From a virus (taxonomy: Duplodnaviria; Caudoviricetes), in the IMG/VR virus record IMGVR_UViG_2825118518_000002, positions 32,001 to 96,000 of that record: 64,000 nucleotides of DNA; one strand, 5' to 3'. Shown here in pieces: positions 1-9,899 of this stretch. The position numbers were made by a program, and so were the translations under genes. The notes under the pieces were generated by a model, which saw nothing but the letters and a program-made list of their open reading frames with translations, had not been told where the DNA came from and did no database searches. Positions within the stretch are counted from its first letter, which is position 1. Each line of letters begins with the position of its first letter.

Positions 1-386
1 GGGATCACCCCAAGGGCGGCCGCTCACATGAGGAGTGGGACACCTTCATCTATTGCTACGCGGCCCTGCAGGGGTTGAAGCATTCTTATCTTCGTTGGCG
101 CGACTTGAATCTTGCAGCGGACAAGATGGGAATTGTGGATGTGCCGCACGATCCCGAGACGGGAGAGATTTTCGACGAGGCCTACAAGGGCCCAGATCTT
201 TCAGTCCTTGCATCGGCGGCCACCGAGTCTGCCGACGTCGCCGCAGCGGTTCCATCCGGGATCGCGCAACGCGCTATCGCTAGCAGACCTGCGGCGCAAC
301 GATCGGTGCCAATGGCGGCACCAGTGGTCGTGGGCGTGAAACCGATGGTGAGGAAAAGGCGGTCAGGCGGCGTGATTTCGTTCTGA
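1..386 (+). CDS. Terminase large subunit, lambda gpA family, C-terminal part (5' truncated by window)
   Basis: Frame open from position 3: RSHEEWDTFIYCYAAL matches the gpA RNEALDCxVYAxAA nuclease motif; lies upstream of gpW/portal. Confidence 0.85.
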   Translation, partial: DHPKGGRSHEEWDTFIYCYAALQGLKHSYLRWRDLNLAADKMGIVDVPHDPETGEIFDEAYKGPDLSVLASAATESADVAAAVPSGIAQRAIASRPAAQRSVPMAAPVVVGVKPMVRKRRSGGVISF

Positions 387-404
387 TCGTGTTGGTGAGG
401 ACGG

Positions 405-650
405 ATGGATACAACATATTTTCAGGACTGGTCATCGACCGAGCTGCGTGCCGAGCGAAAGGCTATCGAATCCCAGCTCCTTATCGGCGCACAGCAGGTC
501 TCATATTCCGGAGGCGGCAGCGCGAACTTCCTCAACCTCGCCGACGCCAAAGCCCTGATCCGTCTCATTTCCAATCGTATTGCCGAGATCGAAGGCCGCC
601 CGGTGAAACGACCCGGCCTGCGCTTCATCACTCTGATTTCGGGAGAGTGA
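405..650 (+). CDS. Head-to-tail joining protein, gpW-like
   Basis: 81 aa between terminase and portal, helix-GAQQVSY-helix pattern. Confidence 0.75.
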   Translation: MDTTYFQDWSSTELRAERKAIESQLLIGAQQVSYSGGGSANFLNLADAKALIRLISNRIAEIEGRPVKRPGLRFITLISGE

Positions 651-651
651 A

Positions 652-2205
652 ATGAGCGACATCGAGATCCGCGGTTCTGTCCCTTCCACCTCTCCTAAGT
701 CTCGTACTCTACGTCCGGGCGGCATTCGATCCGCAGCAGCCGACCTGTTTTCATCGGCAGCCGGCATCGTGAAGACGTTCTACAAATCCGCCAGCCGTCT
801 CCATAAGGCAGCCTCCAAGGATCCCGGCCCGAACGGCGCCAATGGTGAGATCGAGATTATTCGCCAGGTCTCTCGTTTCCAACGAGCCAACAACGGCTAC
901 TACCGCAATGGTATGCGGCAGGTCGCGAATAACGTGGTCAGCTATGGCATCACACCTGTGATCCCATATTCCGACCTGAAGGCACTGTTCAGGGTATGGA
1001 CGCCGGAAGCCGACGCTCGCGGCCGCTATGATTTCTATGGACTGCAATGGCATGCCGTCGAAACGGTTGCCACGGATGGCGAAGTTCTGTTCAGGCTCCG
1101 TGATCGGCTTGAGGGTGATATGCTGTCGGGTGTCCCGCTTCAGATCCAAATGCTCCAGGCAGACCATCTTCCTCTTGGTTGGACTCAGCAGTCACCGTCG
1201 GGCAACTGGATCGTTGACGGCGTCGAACGCAATGCCATCGACCGCGTCGTCGCCTACTGGCTATACCAGTGGCACCCGAAGGACTGGCGCGGAAAAACCG
1301 GGGACATGATGCCGAAGCCGGTCCCCGCAGTAGACGTCCTGCACATGTTCATTCCGGACACGCCGAGTTCTGAGCGCGGCTCGCCTTGGGCAGCGCCCGT
1401 GCTGGACATCATGGATATCCTGCAGGAATACCGCCATAACGAAGTCGGTCGCAAGCGGCATCAGAGCAAGTTCACGGTGTTCTATAAGAAGCCGCTGGCC
1501 GCAGATGACGAATCCGCGTTCGGAGACGACGAGCCGCCGAAGTTCCAGACAGTTCCTGCTGGCGGCGCCGTTGAAGTGCCCGAGGGATACGATGTCTCCT
1601 TCCCGGATCAACCCGGTACTGACAACAACTTCGAAGCCTTCAACCGCGTCAATCTATCGGAAGTCGCAGTTTGTATTGGCCTGTGCGTCGAGCAGCTCAC
1701 TCTCGACTTCAAGGATGTGAACGATAGGGTTTACAGAGCGATGATGCTCGAGGTCGGTCGCTTCATCCTGTCTATCCAGCACCACATGGTCATCCAGCAG
1801 TTCTGCGCTCCCGTTTGGCGCCGCTGGGTATCGGCCGCAATCCTCGCTGGCAAGTGGACACCTCCTGCAGATGCGAAGCCCGAGGACTACATGCGTGTGG
1901 AGTGGATGCCTCCGGCACGTGGCCATATCCACCCGATTCAAGAAGTGACCGCCTTCATGCTCGCCGTACAAAATGGTTTCACGTCTCGCCAACAGGTAGC
2001 CTCCGAATTCGGCTACGACATCGAGGAGATCGACCTGCAGAATGCTAAGGACTCCGCGAGAGCGGGAGAACTTCGCCTTCCTTATCCTGTTTATGAGGGT
2101 GCTGGTGCCATGCCGCAGACGCAAGCTGCCGGCGCCGTGCAGGCGCTGGCTCAGAAGGCCGTGATGGATGCGCTGTTCAAAATGGCTGAGGAAGAGGCCG
2201 CCTGA
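652..2205 (+). CDS. Portal protein, lambda family
   Basis: 517 aa; DFYGLQ...DGE, LQIQMLQADHL, RGSPW, IHPIQEV motifs. Confidence 0.93.
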   Translation: MSDIEIRGSVPSTSPKSRTLRPGGIRSAAADLFSSAAGIVKTFYKSASRLHKAASKDPGPNGANGEIEIIRQVSRFQRANNGYYRNGMRQVANNVVSYGITPVIPYSDLKALFRVWTPEADARGRYDFYGLQWHAVETVATDGEVLFRLRDRLEGDMLSGVPLQIQMLQADHLPLGWTQQSPSGNWIVDGVERNAIDRVVAYWLYQWHPKDWRGKTGDMMPKPVPAVDVLHMFIPDTPSSERGSPWAAPVLDIMDILQEYRHNEVGRKRHQSKFTVFYKKPLAADDESAFGDDEPPKFQTVPAGGAVEVPEGYDVSFPDQPGTDNNFEAFNRVNLSEVAVCIGLCVEQLTLDFKDVNDRVYRAMMLEVGRFILSIQHHMVIQQFCAPVWRRWVSAAILAGKWTPPADAKPEDYMRVEWMPPARGHIHPIQEVTAFMLAVQNGFTSRQQVASEFGYDIEEIDLQNAKDSARAGELRLPYPVYEGAGAMPQTQAAGAVQALAQKAVMDALFKMAEEEAA

Positions 2206-2222
2206 TATAACGGACAATTCCG

Positions 2223-2255
2223 TTGACATTGTGAGTGAATCCACTGAAAAATAAT
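2223..2255 (+). promoter_or_regulatory. Putative sigma70 promoter of two-gene moron
   Basis: TTGACA at 2223 followed by an AT-rich -10 region in an intergenic gap. Confidence 0.5.
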
Positions 2256-2340
2256 CATATTTTCCGGACTTTCTCTCTTGCCACGAGGTTTAAGACCCGG
2301 TTTTGTGCGGTCCTTCGAAAACGAGCCAACAGGAGGTCAA

Positions 2341-2520
2341 ATGTTTTTCGTAGACTTCGCGGTCAGCGGCGACGATCGCTACCTGATCGTCATCGACACT
2401 ATGGCGCCGGAACGGAACCGGATCGAAAAGGTCAGCGACCAGCGGTTCATGGAGTTCATCCAGAAGGTTCTGGACATCAATATCCCGCTCTCTGAGATCG
2501 AACAGGAGATGGCAGTATGA
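2341..2520 (+). CDS. Hypothetical 59 aa moron protein
   Basis: Strong RBS AGGAGG before ATG 2341; ATGA overlap with next gene. Confidence 0.7.
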   Translation: MFFVDFAVSGDDRYLIVIDTMAPERNRIEKVSDQRFMEFIQKVLDINIPLSEIEQEMAV

Positions 2521-2915
2521 CCGAGCGCAAGCCCATGCCTTTGGCCTTTCTCGACGAGCCGTTTCCGAACTTCGAAAGCGTCGCTCAGCACCTGGAGAGT
2601 CTGACGAAGCGCATCGTCAATTACCTAGCAATGGAGCCGTATGTGGTGGTCGAGCATCCTTACGAACAGCTCGACGTCGCACTGTGGCTCCAGTCGGTAC
2701 CGAACGGTTACATTGCTCACATGCTCATTGCTGACCCCGAGCATATCGCAAGCCAGTGCCCTGATGACGCCCTCTTCTTCGACATCGGAGACGCCATCAA
2801 GAAGGAGCAGGTGCGCATTCGTGACGTGCACGAATACCTTCGGTCGGACGCATGGGTACAGGTAATCCATACTGATCGCCACCTGCGTTGGCTCACCGAC
2901 TTCCCAGTCGCCTAG
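2517..2915 (+). CDS. Hypothetical 132 aa moron protein
   Basis: RBS AGGAG, translational coupling, followed by terminator. Confidence 0.75.
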   Translation: MTERKPMPLAFLDEPFPNFESVAQHLESLTKRIVNYLAMEPYVVVEHPYEQLDVALWLQSVPNGYIAHMLIADPEHIASQCPDDALFFDIGDAIKKEQVRIRDVHEYLRSDAWVQVIHTDRHLRWLTDFPVA

Positions 2916-2931
2916 TCGACAACGACACTTG

Positions 2932-2962
2932 AAGCCCCCGAGATCCGGGGGCTTTCATTTTT
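2932..2962 (+). terminator. Rho-independent terminator
   Basis: AAGCCCCCG-AGATC-CGGGGGCTT then T-rich tail. Confidence 0.8.
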
Positions 2963-3033
2963 ATTCGCCATCGCGCTCGAATCTTGCAGGAACCCAGGCA
3001 ACGCTCGTCTCACATTGGAAATGAGACGACGGA

Positions 3034-4128
3034 ATGCCGACACCTATCCGCAAATCCACGACACCTGACCAGCGCTCCGAGCGCCCCTTCAGCATGCGCG
3101 CGTTTGCCGGACAGCCCACCTCCGTTGATGTTGCGACCAGATCTTTCGACGCCGTTGTCACCACGGAAACGCCTGTTACTCAATGGATCGAGGATCCACG
3201 GGTGGTTCCGCTTCCAGGCAAGTGCCCTCCGATCATCGCAGTTGGCGAAATCCTCCTCACCGACGGAATCGATCTCTCCCGCGCCCGAGGCATGCCATTC
3301 GTCGACTGTCACCAGACCCACGGCGGGATCAACGCCATCCTGGGAAAGGTCACTGATATTCGGGCTGAGGGACAGTCCATCGTCAGCAGGATCACCTTAG
3401 CCACCCGCCACTCGGATCTCATCGGCGACATCGCCGAAGGGTTCTATTCCCAGATCAGTGCTGGCTACTACTACGACCTTGCCGATGCGGAGTTTGTGGA
3501 GCAGTCGGACGGCGCCATGCCGATCCTCCTCGTCAAAAAATGGGTTCTCACTGAAGTGAGCAACGTAGCCGTTGCCGCCGATCCCAACGCCTTCATCCGT
3601 AGCTTTCAAAACTCCGCTGTGCCGGGAGCCATCCGGCTGCGCAGCGCTGCCCCCCAAGATCAGGAGACCACCATGGATATCGAAGAAGTCGTCGCAGCCG
3701 CAGAAGCTGCTGTCACCGCAGCCGAGGAAGCCATTTCGGCCGCAGAGGATGCAGTTCCTGAGGAACTTGTCGAACGCATCAAGGCATTGCGTGCAGTTCG
3801 CGCCGACGAGACCACGGATGCCGAAAAGATCGACGGCAGTGGGTCCGCAGATGATGCCGCCGCGGCCGACGCCGAGAAGAAGGATGCAGAGGCTGTTCGC
3901 TCCATCGCCAAGACCTACGGCCTGACCAAGCTCATCGATGACATGCGGTCTCTTGGGGCTAAGCCTGCCGAGCTGAAGGAAGCCCTGAAGCGCTCGATCG
4001 CTCAGCGTGGCACGGCCTCGGAAAAGGAGGTCGCCGTCGAGCCGTCCAAGCGGTCTGCACCTGTCGTGGAGAAGACCGACTTCCAGCGCGCTCGTAGCGC
4101 CTACGACAAGCTGAACGGCAAGAAGTAA
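3034..4128 (+). CDS. Prohead protease fused to scaffold domain
   Basis: MPFVDCH, ISAGY, EVSNVAVAADPNA protease motifs; acidic Ala-rich C-terminal half. Confidence 0.85.
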   Translation: MPTPIRKSTTPDQRSERPFSMRAFAGQPTSVDVATRSFDAVVTTETPVTQWIEDPRVVPLPGKCPPIIAVGEILLTDGIDLSRARGMPFVDCHQTHGGINAILGKVTDIRAEGQSIVSRITLATRHSDLIGDIAEGFYSQISAGYYYDLADAEFVEQSDGAMPILLVKKWVLTEVSNVAVAADPNAFIRSFQNSAVPGAIRLRSAAPQDQETTMDIEEVVAAAEAAVTAAEEAISAAEDAVPEELVERIKALRAVRADETTDAEKIDGSGSADDAAAADAEKKDAEAVRSIAKTYGLTKLIDDMRSLGAKPAELKEALKRSIAQRGTASEKEVAVEPSKRSAPVVEKTDFQRARSAYDKLNGKK

Positions 4129-4151
4129 CCCCCAGTTTTCAGGAGAACCCC

Positions 4152-4547
4152 ATGACCAGAGTTAATCAGAACAAGCCGGATCAGCTTCACATCCGCTCGA
4201 AGGCCAACGGCGACCGCACCATCGACGTAATCACGCTGAAGCAGTCCGCAACCGTCTACAAGGCCGGAACGGTCGTCGTCGCCGAATACACAGGAGCATC
4301 CGGCAGCCAGGTTGCGACTGGCCTGTACATTGACCCCGCCTCCGCTGTCGATGTCACGACATACGACAAGATCAAGGTCGCCGTCCTCAATGACCGCGTC
4401 GATGCCACTGCGGGCAGCCATGCCGCTGTCGCCATCACCCGCGCTGCCGAGGTCTACGGCCAGTGGATCAGCCTCAAGGATCTCGCAACTGGCGAAAAAG
4501 CCGTCGTCGCAGCCGCGCTCGACGCCGCCGGCATCGTCGTCCGCTAA
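4152..4547 (+). CDS. Head decoration protein, gpD-like
   Basis: 131 aa immediately before capsid; AVAITRAAEV...LDAAGIVVR C-terminus. Confidence 0.8.
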   Translation: MTRVNQNKPDQLHIRSKANGDRTIDVITLKQSATVYKAGTVVVAEYTGASGSQVATGLYIDPASAVDVTTYDKIKVAVLNDRVDATAGSHAAVAITRAAEVYGQWISLKDLATGEKAVVAAALDAAGIVVR

Positions 4548-4597
4548 CCCATCGCGCTTTGTCAAAGAACAAAACGCGAACCAATTGGAGAAAAAGA

Positions 4598-5605
4598 ATG
4601 TCTTTCAATTTCGTCGACGTCTTCAAGGACGACATCTTCACCGTCCGCAGCATGATGGACTACATCGACTCGAAGCCGTACGTGCCGGAAGAGATCTCGA
4701 AGTGGCTGCCTTGGAATTCCGCAGGCGAGCTTAATCACCTTACGGCTATCGAGTTTCGTGATGGTGTCATCGACATCGTTCCCGATGCCGAACGCGGTTC
4801 CGCTGGCTTCACTGGCCGCGTGGCTGACCGTTCAGCGATCCCGGTCTACATCCCGCACTATCCGCAGCAGCGCACGCTCCTCGCGGAATCCGTCCGTGGC
4901 GTTCGCGCCTTCGGATCCGAGCTGGTCGAGACGTTCGAGCAGAAGCGCAACGAGATCCTCGATGCCTTCAACGTCAACAACCGCCTGACATGGGAGCGCA
5001 CGCGCGCCGCCGCGATCACCGGCATCATGTACAAGGCCGACATGACGACCCCGCTGATCAACTGGTTCGACACGTTCGGTATTGCTCAGAGCACCCACGA
5101 GATCGATTTCGGCAATTCTAATACGGAGGTCGTCGAAGAACTGACGGATGCCAAGATCAAGTCGGAGGAGGCCCTCGGCGACCTGTACGCCAACGGCTAC
5201 TACCTGATCGCTGGTCGCAATATCCAGAAGAAGATCAAGACGCATCCGACCGTGAAGACTGGATACGAGCGTTGGAATGCTGGCGGCCTGTTCCGTGACG
5301 ATGTCCGCGACGGCTTCCCGATCTCCACCGACATCAATGTCGTTACCTACACGCGCGGCAAGATCGGCAACCACTATCTCATCGATCCGGACACGGCATA
5401 CCTCTGCCCGATCGTTCAGGGCATGTACCAGACGCGCTTCGCACCTGGTACCGGAATCCAGACGCTCGGCGCCATGGGCGTGCCGGAATACATCTCGCCG
5501 AAGCTGCTCGACCACGACGAGGGTGTCGAGCTGAAGGGCCAGACCAACCCGCTCAGCTACGTCCAGAGGCTCGGCGCCGTCATCAAGATCACGGACGCAG
5601 ACTAA
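4598..5605 (+). CDS. Major capsid protein, lambda gpE family
   Basis: RBS GGAG before ATG 4598; IPHYPQQRTLLAESVRGVRAFG, QTNPL motifs. Confidence 0.92.
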   Translation: MSFNFVDVFKDDIFTVRSMMDYIDSKPYVPEEISKWLPWNSAGELNHLTAIEFRDGVIDIVPDAERGSAGFTGRVADRSAIPVYIPHYPQQRTLLAESVRGVRAFGSELVETFEQKRNEILDAFNVNNRLTWERTRAAAITGIMYKADMTTPLINWFDTFGIAQSTHEIDFGNSNTEVVEELTDAKIKSEEALGDLYANGYYLIAGRNIQKKIKTHPTVKTGYERWNAGGLFRDDVRDGFPISTDINVVTYTRGKIGNHYLIDPDTAYLCPIVQGMYQTRFAPGTGIQTLGAMGVPEYISPKLLDHDEGVELKGQTNPLSYVQRLGAVIKITDAD

Positions 5606-5618
5606 TCGCTACCGTGTA

Positions 5619-5670
5619 GCGCAGCCGGGGTTTCCTCCTTTGACCCGGCTGCGCACTTCCTTTCCTTTCA
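5619..5670 (+). terminator. Hairpin/terminator after capsid gene
   Basis: GCGCAGCCGGG...CCCGGCTGCGC 11-bp stem followed by pyrimidine tract. Confidence 0.6.
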
Positions 5671-5686
5671 TTCCCGGAGCGCCCTG

Positions 5687-6013
5687 ATGGCAAACACAAT
5701 CGAATCCCCGGTCAGCTCTCTCGGCGAATCCTTCGATGTCGCTCTGCTCGATTCCGCTCGCGTCTTCGCGGTCGATGTCGCCGCCGACACCACTGTAAAA
5801 CACACCCTTGGCAGCACGACCACGCTCATCACGATTGCTGTCGGTCTCGACGCGTCCGCAGCTGCTCTGACCGTCGTCCGTGGCTCCTCATACGATGCCG
5901 CCAAGGCGTGGCCCCTGATGCCGGGATATTTCCCGTTCGGTGTGCCGGGTGGCAGCCGTGACATTCATTTCAACGCCGCGGCCGACACGGTCGTCTACGT
6001 CATGGAGAACTGA
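5687..6013 (+). CDS. Small beta-rich virion protein, possible head-spike base
   Basis: 108 aa, beta-strand pattern, directly precedes two fibre genes within head module. Confidence 0.5.
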   Translation: MANTIESPVSSLGESFDVALLDSARVFAVDVAADTTVKHTLGSTTTLITIAVGLDASAAALTVVRGSSYDAAKAWPLMPGYFPFGVPGGSRDIHFNAAADTVVYVMEN

Positions 6014-6018
6014 TCTAC

Positions 6019-7188
6019 ATGATGGTTCCGAACGTCATTGGCTTTGGAGGGAGCGGTCACGAATTCACCGCCGACGATCTGCTGAACCTCGAAGTCGAGG
6101 CGCTGGAGACAGCTGCCGGCTCCGAGGACGTGATTGTGCGCATCACCGACGGCCTGCGACTTCTGACGACGCGACAGATCCTTGCTCAAACGCTCTCGGC
6201 TGCCGGCACCCTGACAGGAACGGAGAAAGTCGTCCTCAGAACCGCTTCCGGTCTCGTCGAGACGTCGCTCGCACTCATTCGATCATTCGTATCGCTTGAT
6301 CCCACCAAGATCCGCATCAAGAAGCGGCTTCTTACACGCCTGTCGGATGGCGGCGATCACTGGATGTGGACGGCCTCGGGCACAGCGAACCGTCAGATCA
6401 TCCTCGATATCGTCAAGGCGAACTTCCTGACGGCTGCAGAGCAGTCCCTTGCGATCGCCGAGCACATCGATTGCAAGCTGTGGGTCTGCTCGGGTGGCGG
6501 TGGTGGGGGTTATAACCATGCTCAAGCATTCGGCGGACATCCAGGCAACCTGACGATCCGCGAGTTCAAGCTTTCGGACGTGCCGACGGCTTCATGGTCA
6601 TTTCAGGTCGGCGCAGGCGGATCCGGCGGCAACGTGGGCGGAGCCAGCTATTTTGGTCCTAATGGATCTGTCTGTCACGCATTCTCGCAGGGCGGCTGGC
6701 CGGGCGGCCAAGGCACGGCCAATCAGGGCCTTTTCTACGAGCTGATGAAGTCTTACGGGGCTGATCGCGTCCTCGCGACGCATCTTGGAGACACGGCCAA
6801 CGACTGGACGTCGAACGCACCTCATGGATGGGTCGGCCCCGGTGGTGGTGGCTCTCAGATCTGGGCGCTTCGCCGCGGCGGAAACGGTTCGATGGGATCC
6901 AAAGTCAACTTCCGGCAGGGATCTGTCGAATCCTCGACGGTTTCCACCTCACGGACGTACGACGCACCAAAAGGTCAGGACCACAATCCTCTCTACGCAG
7001 ATTCATGGGGCGCAGGCGGCGGAGTTGGCGTTGGAGCCACCGTCGGACCTAACGGCCCAGGAGCTGGTGGCTTTCCGGGCGGTGGCGGTGGCGGATCAAA
7101 CACCACCAACCAAGCGCAGATTGCCTGGGGGGCGGCTGGCGCCATCAAGATTCAATTCTGGCTGACAACGATTGAGGTGACCGCATGA
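6019..7188 (+). CDS. Glycine-rich fibre protein
   Basis: 389 aa, repeated GGGGGG, FQVGAGGSGG, GGFPGGGGGG motifs. Confidence 0.75.
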   Translation: MMVPNVIGFGGSGHEFTADDLLNLEVEALETAAGSEDVIVRITDGLRLLTTRQILAQTLSAAGTLTGTEKVVLRTASGLVETSLALIRSFVSLDPTKIRIKKRLLTRLSDGGDHWMWTASGTANRQIILDIVKANFLTAAEQSLAIAEHIDCKLWVCSGGGGGGYNHAQAFGGHPGNLTIREFKLSDVPTASWSFQVGAGGSGGNVGGASYFGPNGSVCHAFSQGGWPGGQGTANQGLFYELMKSYGADRVLATHLGDTANDWTSNAPHGWVGPGGGGSQIWALRRGGNGSMGSKVNFRQGSVESSTVSTSRTYDAPKGQDHNPLYADSWGAGGGVGVGATVGPNGPGAGGFPGGGGGGSNTTNQAQIAWGAAGAIKIQFWLTTIEVTA

Positions 7189-7430
7189 GCGATCCTTTCG
7201 AAAACCGATTCCTGGTCGTCGGCGAAGACGCCACAGTGATCAATGTCGTCGTTGGATATGTCGACGTACCCAAGGCAGGAATGATCGCACAGACTGCTGA
7301 GACGGGTATCGTCGGCATTGGATGGGTCTTTAACGCCGACGAGACCTTCACTTCACCGGGCGGCCCCGTTGCCGCGCCGATGCCCGATTACCTGAACTCT
7401 GCCCCTGCAGAAGAAGCTGCGGAGGCCTGA
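7185..7430 (+). CDS. Small fibre-associated protein
   Basis: 81 aa coupled to Gly-rich fibre; GIGWVFNADETFTSP pattern typical of such partners. Confidence 0.6.
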   Translation: MSDPFENRFLVVGEDATVINVVVGYVDVPKAGMIAQTAETGIVGIGWVFNADETFTSPGGPVAAPMPDYLNSAPAEEAAEA

Positions 7431-7431
7431 C

Positions 7432-9525
7432 ATGATGGTTCCTAACATCACATCCACCGGAACTGGCGGTGGCATTCCCGGACAACGAGGCAAAAGCGCT
7501 TACGAAGTCGCCGTCGACAACGGTTTCGATGGCTCCGTGGTCGAATGGCTCGCTTCCCTTGAAGGTCATGACGGCGCGAGCGCCTATGCGGTTGCCGTCG
7601 CAGAAGGCTTCGATGGCTCGCAGGCCGAGTGGATTGAATCCCTGAAGGGTGAAGCCGGGGTTGGGCTCACCAATCGCGGCGCCTTCGTACTGGGATCCTC
7701 CTATTCGCCGTCGGACTATGTATTCGCCCCCGGCAATTCCTCTCCGACGTCCATGTTCATTTGTCAGGCATCGGGGCCATTCGTGGCCTCCGTCGCGCCG
7801 GCTGCCGATCCCGATCGATGGGTCGAATTCTCTGCTCCCGCGGGTGCCGACGGTTCGGACGGAAAATCCGTGGAACTGCGTAAGACCTCGACCGCGATTC
7901 AATGGCGCCAGGTGCCCGACGGCAACTGGGCCGACCTTGTACTCCTCGCCGATCTCGAAGGAACCGACGGCAAGTCCGTTGAACTGCAGAAGACATCGAC
8001 CGCCATTCAGTGGCGGCAGACTGGGGGCGTATTCGCCGACCTCGTGACGCTCGCCGACATCACCGGAACGAGCGGCCGCGATGGAATCGACGGTGCCCAG
8101 TATGTCGTCAGCACCATGTCGACCGTCACGCTACCATCAGCTGTTACTGCGATCCGTGCAGGCGGTTATTACACTCCGGGTGACGGCGGGGCGGCCCTTT
8201 ATAAGGTCGTTGCAAGCCAGCCTGCGCATGGTGGCAAGTTCCAAACCGCGGATTCTCGGTGGTGGGAGCTGCAGGCATCGGGCGAGGTCTGGGCACAGCA
8301 ATTCGGTGCGAAACCGGAGGCTGGTTTCAACAACTCGCCCGCGATCAACGCCGCTACCGATTTCCTTGTCTCTAAGGGTGGTGGCTACATCAAGTACGGC
8401 CCTGGCGTCTATGAGCTCGGTGCCGAGGTCACCCTGAAGTCTCGCGTCGTTCATAGCGGCGTGGGTCGGCGTGTGACGTGGCTGCGGCGGAAAGACGGAT
8501 ATCTTGGCGACCTTTTGAAGACGCAGGACTTTGACACTCTCTGGACAGGCGACAGCGCCAACGGCCCGAACCGTTTCGGCATCGAACACATGACGATCCA
8601 CGGGCGGAAGGACCAGAACCCGACGTCCACCGGGTGGAACATCAGGATCTACGGCCGCGCATATCATATCCGCGACGTTGACTCCGAATACTGTTGCAAC
8701 GGCGGCTACTACAGCCGCTGGGGTTCGGTTGCTGCGGCGTGGGACAACGACACGACAGATAGCGCTGGTGAGTGCTTCATCGACGAATTCTTCGTGCAGT
8801 TCTCGCGTCAATGGCCCATTTTCGACGGCCCCCACGATAGCCAGATCGGCCGTATGCTGGTGTCCATGTCGCGGCACTTCATGGATGCGCTTCAAGGATC
8901 AAGCACGTTCGAGATCGGACCTCGCGCTTCCGGCTCGCAGTTTGCTCAGTTGCATTGTTGGGGCGACAGTCCGGAATGGTGCCTGACACAGTACGCGCAG
9001 GCGATCTCCATCAGTGATCTCATCCTCGATGATGCTCGTGCGGGCACGGGTCTCACGGGCGGCGGATTGCTGAAGATGCTCGGCTCAGACTGCTTCATTC
9101 AGGGCCGCGGCGTCCAGTGGGGAAACGACAACATTAAGGGTATCCAGCTCGGTCAGCCGGGCACGGCGACAGCGCAACGGAACCGCATCACGATGCTCCT
9201 GACATCGGTACCAGCGGTGGCCATCGACTTCTCTGACGACGGCGGCAATGACATTGACCTCACGGTGACAGCATATTCGTCGACACTGAACTGGACCGGA
9301 ACGCGTCACGCGACGACGACGTTCAAATACACGGAGCGCGGAGGTGGTGCTGGCACGAACGATATTTTCAGCAAATTCGGCGCTCTGCAGATTACCCGTC
9401 AGTCGATCAAGCTCGACCCGCGCAGCAGCACCCCGACGGACCCGTGGGAAGATGGCCTGATCTACTACGACAGCTCGTTGCATAAAGTGCGCGTGTATTC
9501 GAACGGCGCCTGGGTGAACCTCTGA
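7432..9525 (+). CDS. Fibre/spike with GKSAYE repeats and pectate-lyase-like beta-helix (depolymerase)
   Basis: GKSAYEVAVDNGF repeat x2, GKSVELxKTSTAIQWRQ x2, GYYTPGDGG, QFGAKP...NNSPAINAA beta-helix start. Confidence 0.82.
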   Translation: MMVPNITSTGTGGGIPGQRGKSAYEVAVDNGFDGSVVEWLASLEGHDGASAYAVAVAEGFDGSQAEWIESLKGEAGVGLTNRGAFVLGSSYSPSDYVFAPGNSSPTSMFICQASGPFVASVAPAADPDRWVEFSAPAGADGSDGKSVELRKTSTAIQWRQVPDGNWADLVLLADLEGTDGKSVELQKTSTAIQWRQTGGVFADLVTLADITGTSGRDGIDGAQYVVSTMSTVTLPSAVTAIRAGGYYTPGDGGAALYKVVASQPAHGGKFQTADSRWWELQASGEVWAQQFGAKPEAGFNNSPAINAATDFLVSKGGGYIKYGPGVYELGAEVTLKSRVVHSGVGRRVTWLRRKDGYLGDLLKTQDFDTLWTGDSANGPNRFGIEHMTIHGRKDQNPTSTGWNIRIYGRAYHIRDVDSEYCCNGGYYSRWGSVAAAWDNDTTDSAGECFIDEFFVQFSRQWPIFDGPHDSQIGRMLVSMSRHFMDALQGSSTFEIGPRASGSQFAQLHCWGDSPEWCLTQYAQAISISDLILDDARAGTGLTGGGLLKMLGSDCFIQGRGVQWGNDNIKGIQLGQPGTATAQRNRITMLLTSVPAVAIDFSDDGGNDIDLTVTAYSSTLNWTGTRHATTTFKYTERGGGAGTNDIFSKFGALQITRQSIKLDPRSSTPTDPWEDGLIYYDSSLHKVRVYSNGAWVNL

Positions 9526-9890
9526 TGGTAGCCCGCATCTTCGCCCCACTCCCTCGGATCTTCATGCGCACCTTCTCGGAGCCGGCACCCGCCACGTGGG
9601 TACGGCATCGAGAGGATGGCAGCACTGCATCCGACAATCTGCAGGTCATCTTCAATGCGTCCTCGACGATCGCTGACGCTGACGGGATTTCCATGCTGAC
9701 CGGAGTACCAACGGCTCGGTGCGCTGTCGCTGACGCCCTGAGGCTTGAGCCGACCAGATCTGATGGCAAGCAGGAGAACATTTTCCGGAACGAAGGTCGC
9801 GATGAGCTGGTCATCGGAGGCCGGGCGTACGATGTCGAATCTTGCAGCGGGGATGGGTACGGTATGCTGACCATCGTCCTTAAGGGATAG
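9525..9890 (+). CDS. Head-tail joining protein, gpFII-like
   Basis: 121 aa, position before tail terminator, GDGYGMLTIVL C-terminus. Confidence 0.65.
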   Translation: MVARIFAPLPRIFMRTFSEPAPATWVRHREDGSTASDNLQVIFNASSTIADADGISMLTGVPTARCAVADALRLEPTRSDGKQENIFRNEGRDELVIGGRAYDVESCSGDGYGMLTIVLKG

Positions 9891-9899
9891 CGAGATCGC

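Noticed and set aside
7861-8019. DGR-like template/variable repeat in fibre gene
   Set aside because: In-frame protein repeat with mostly synonymous differences; no RT
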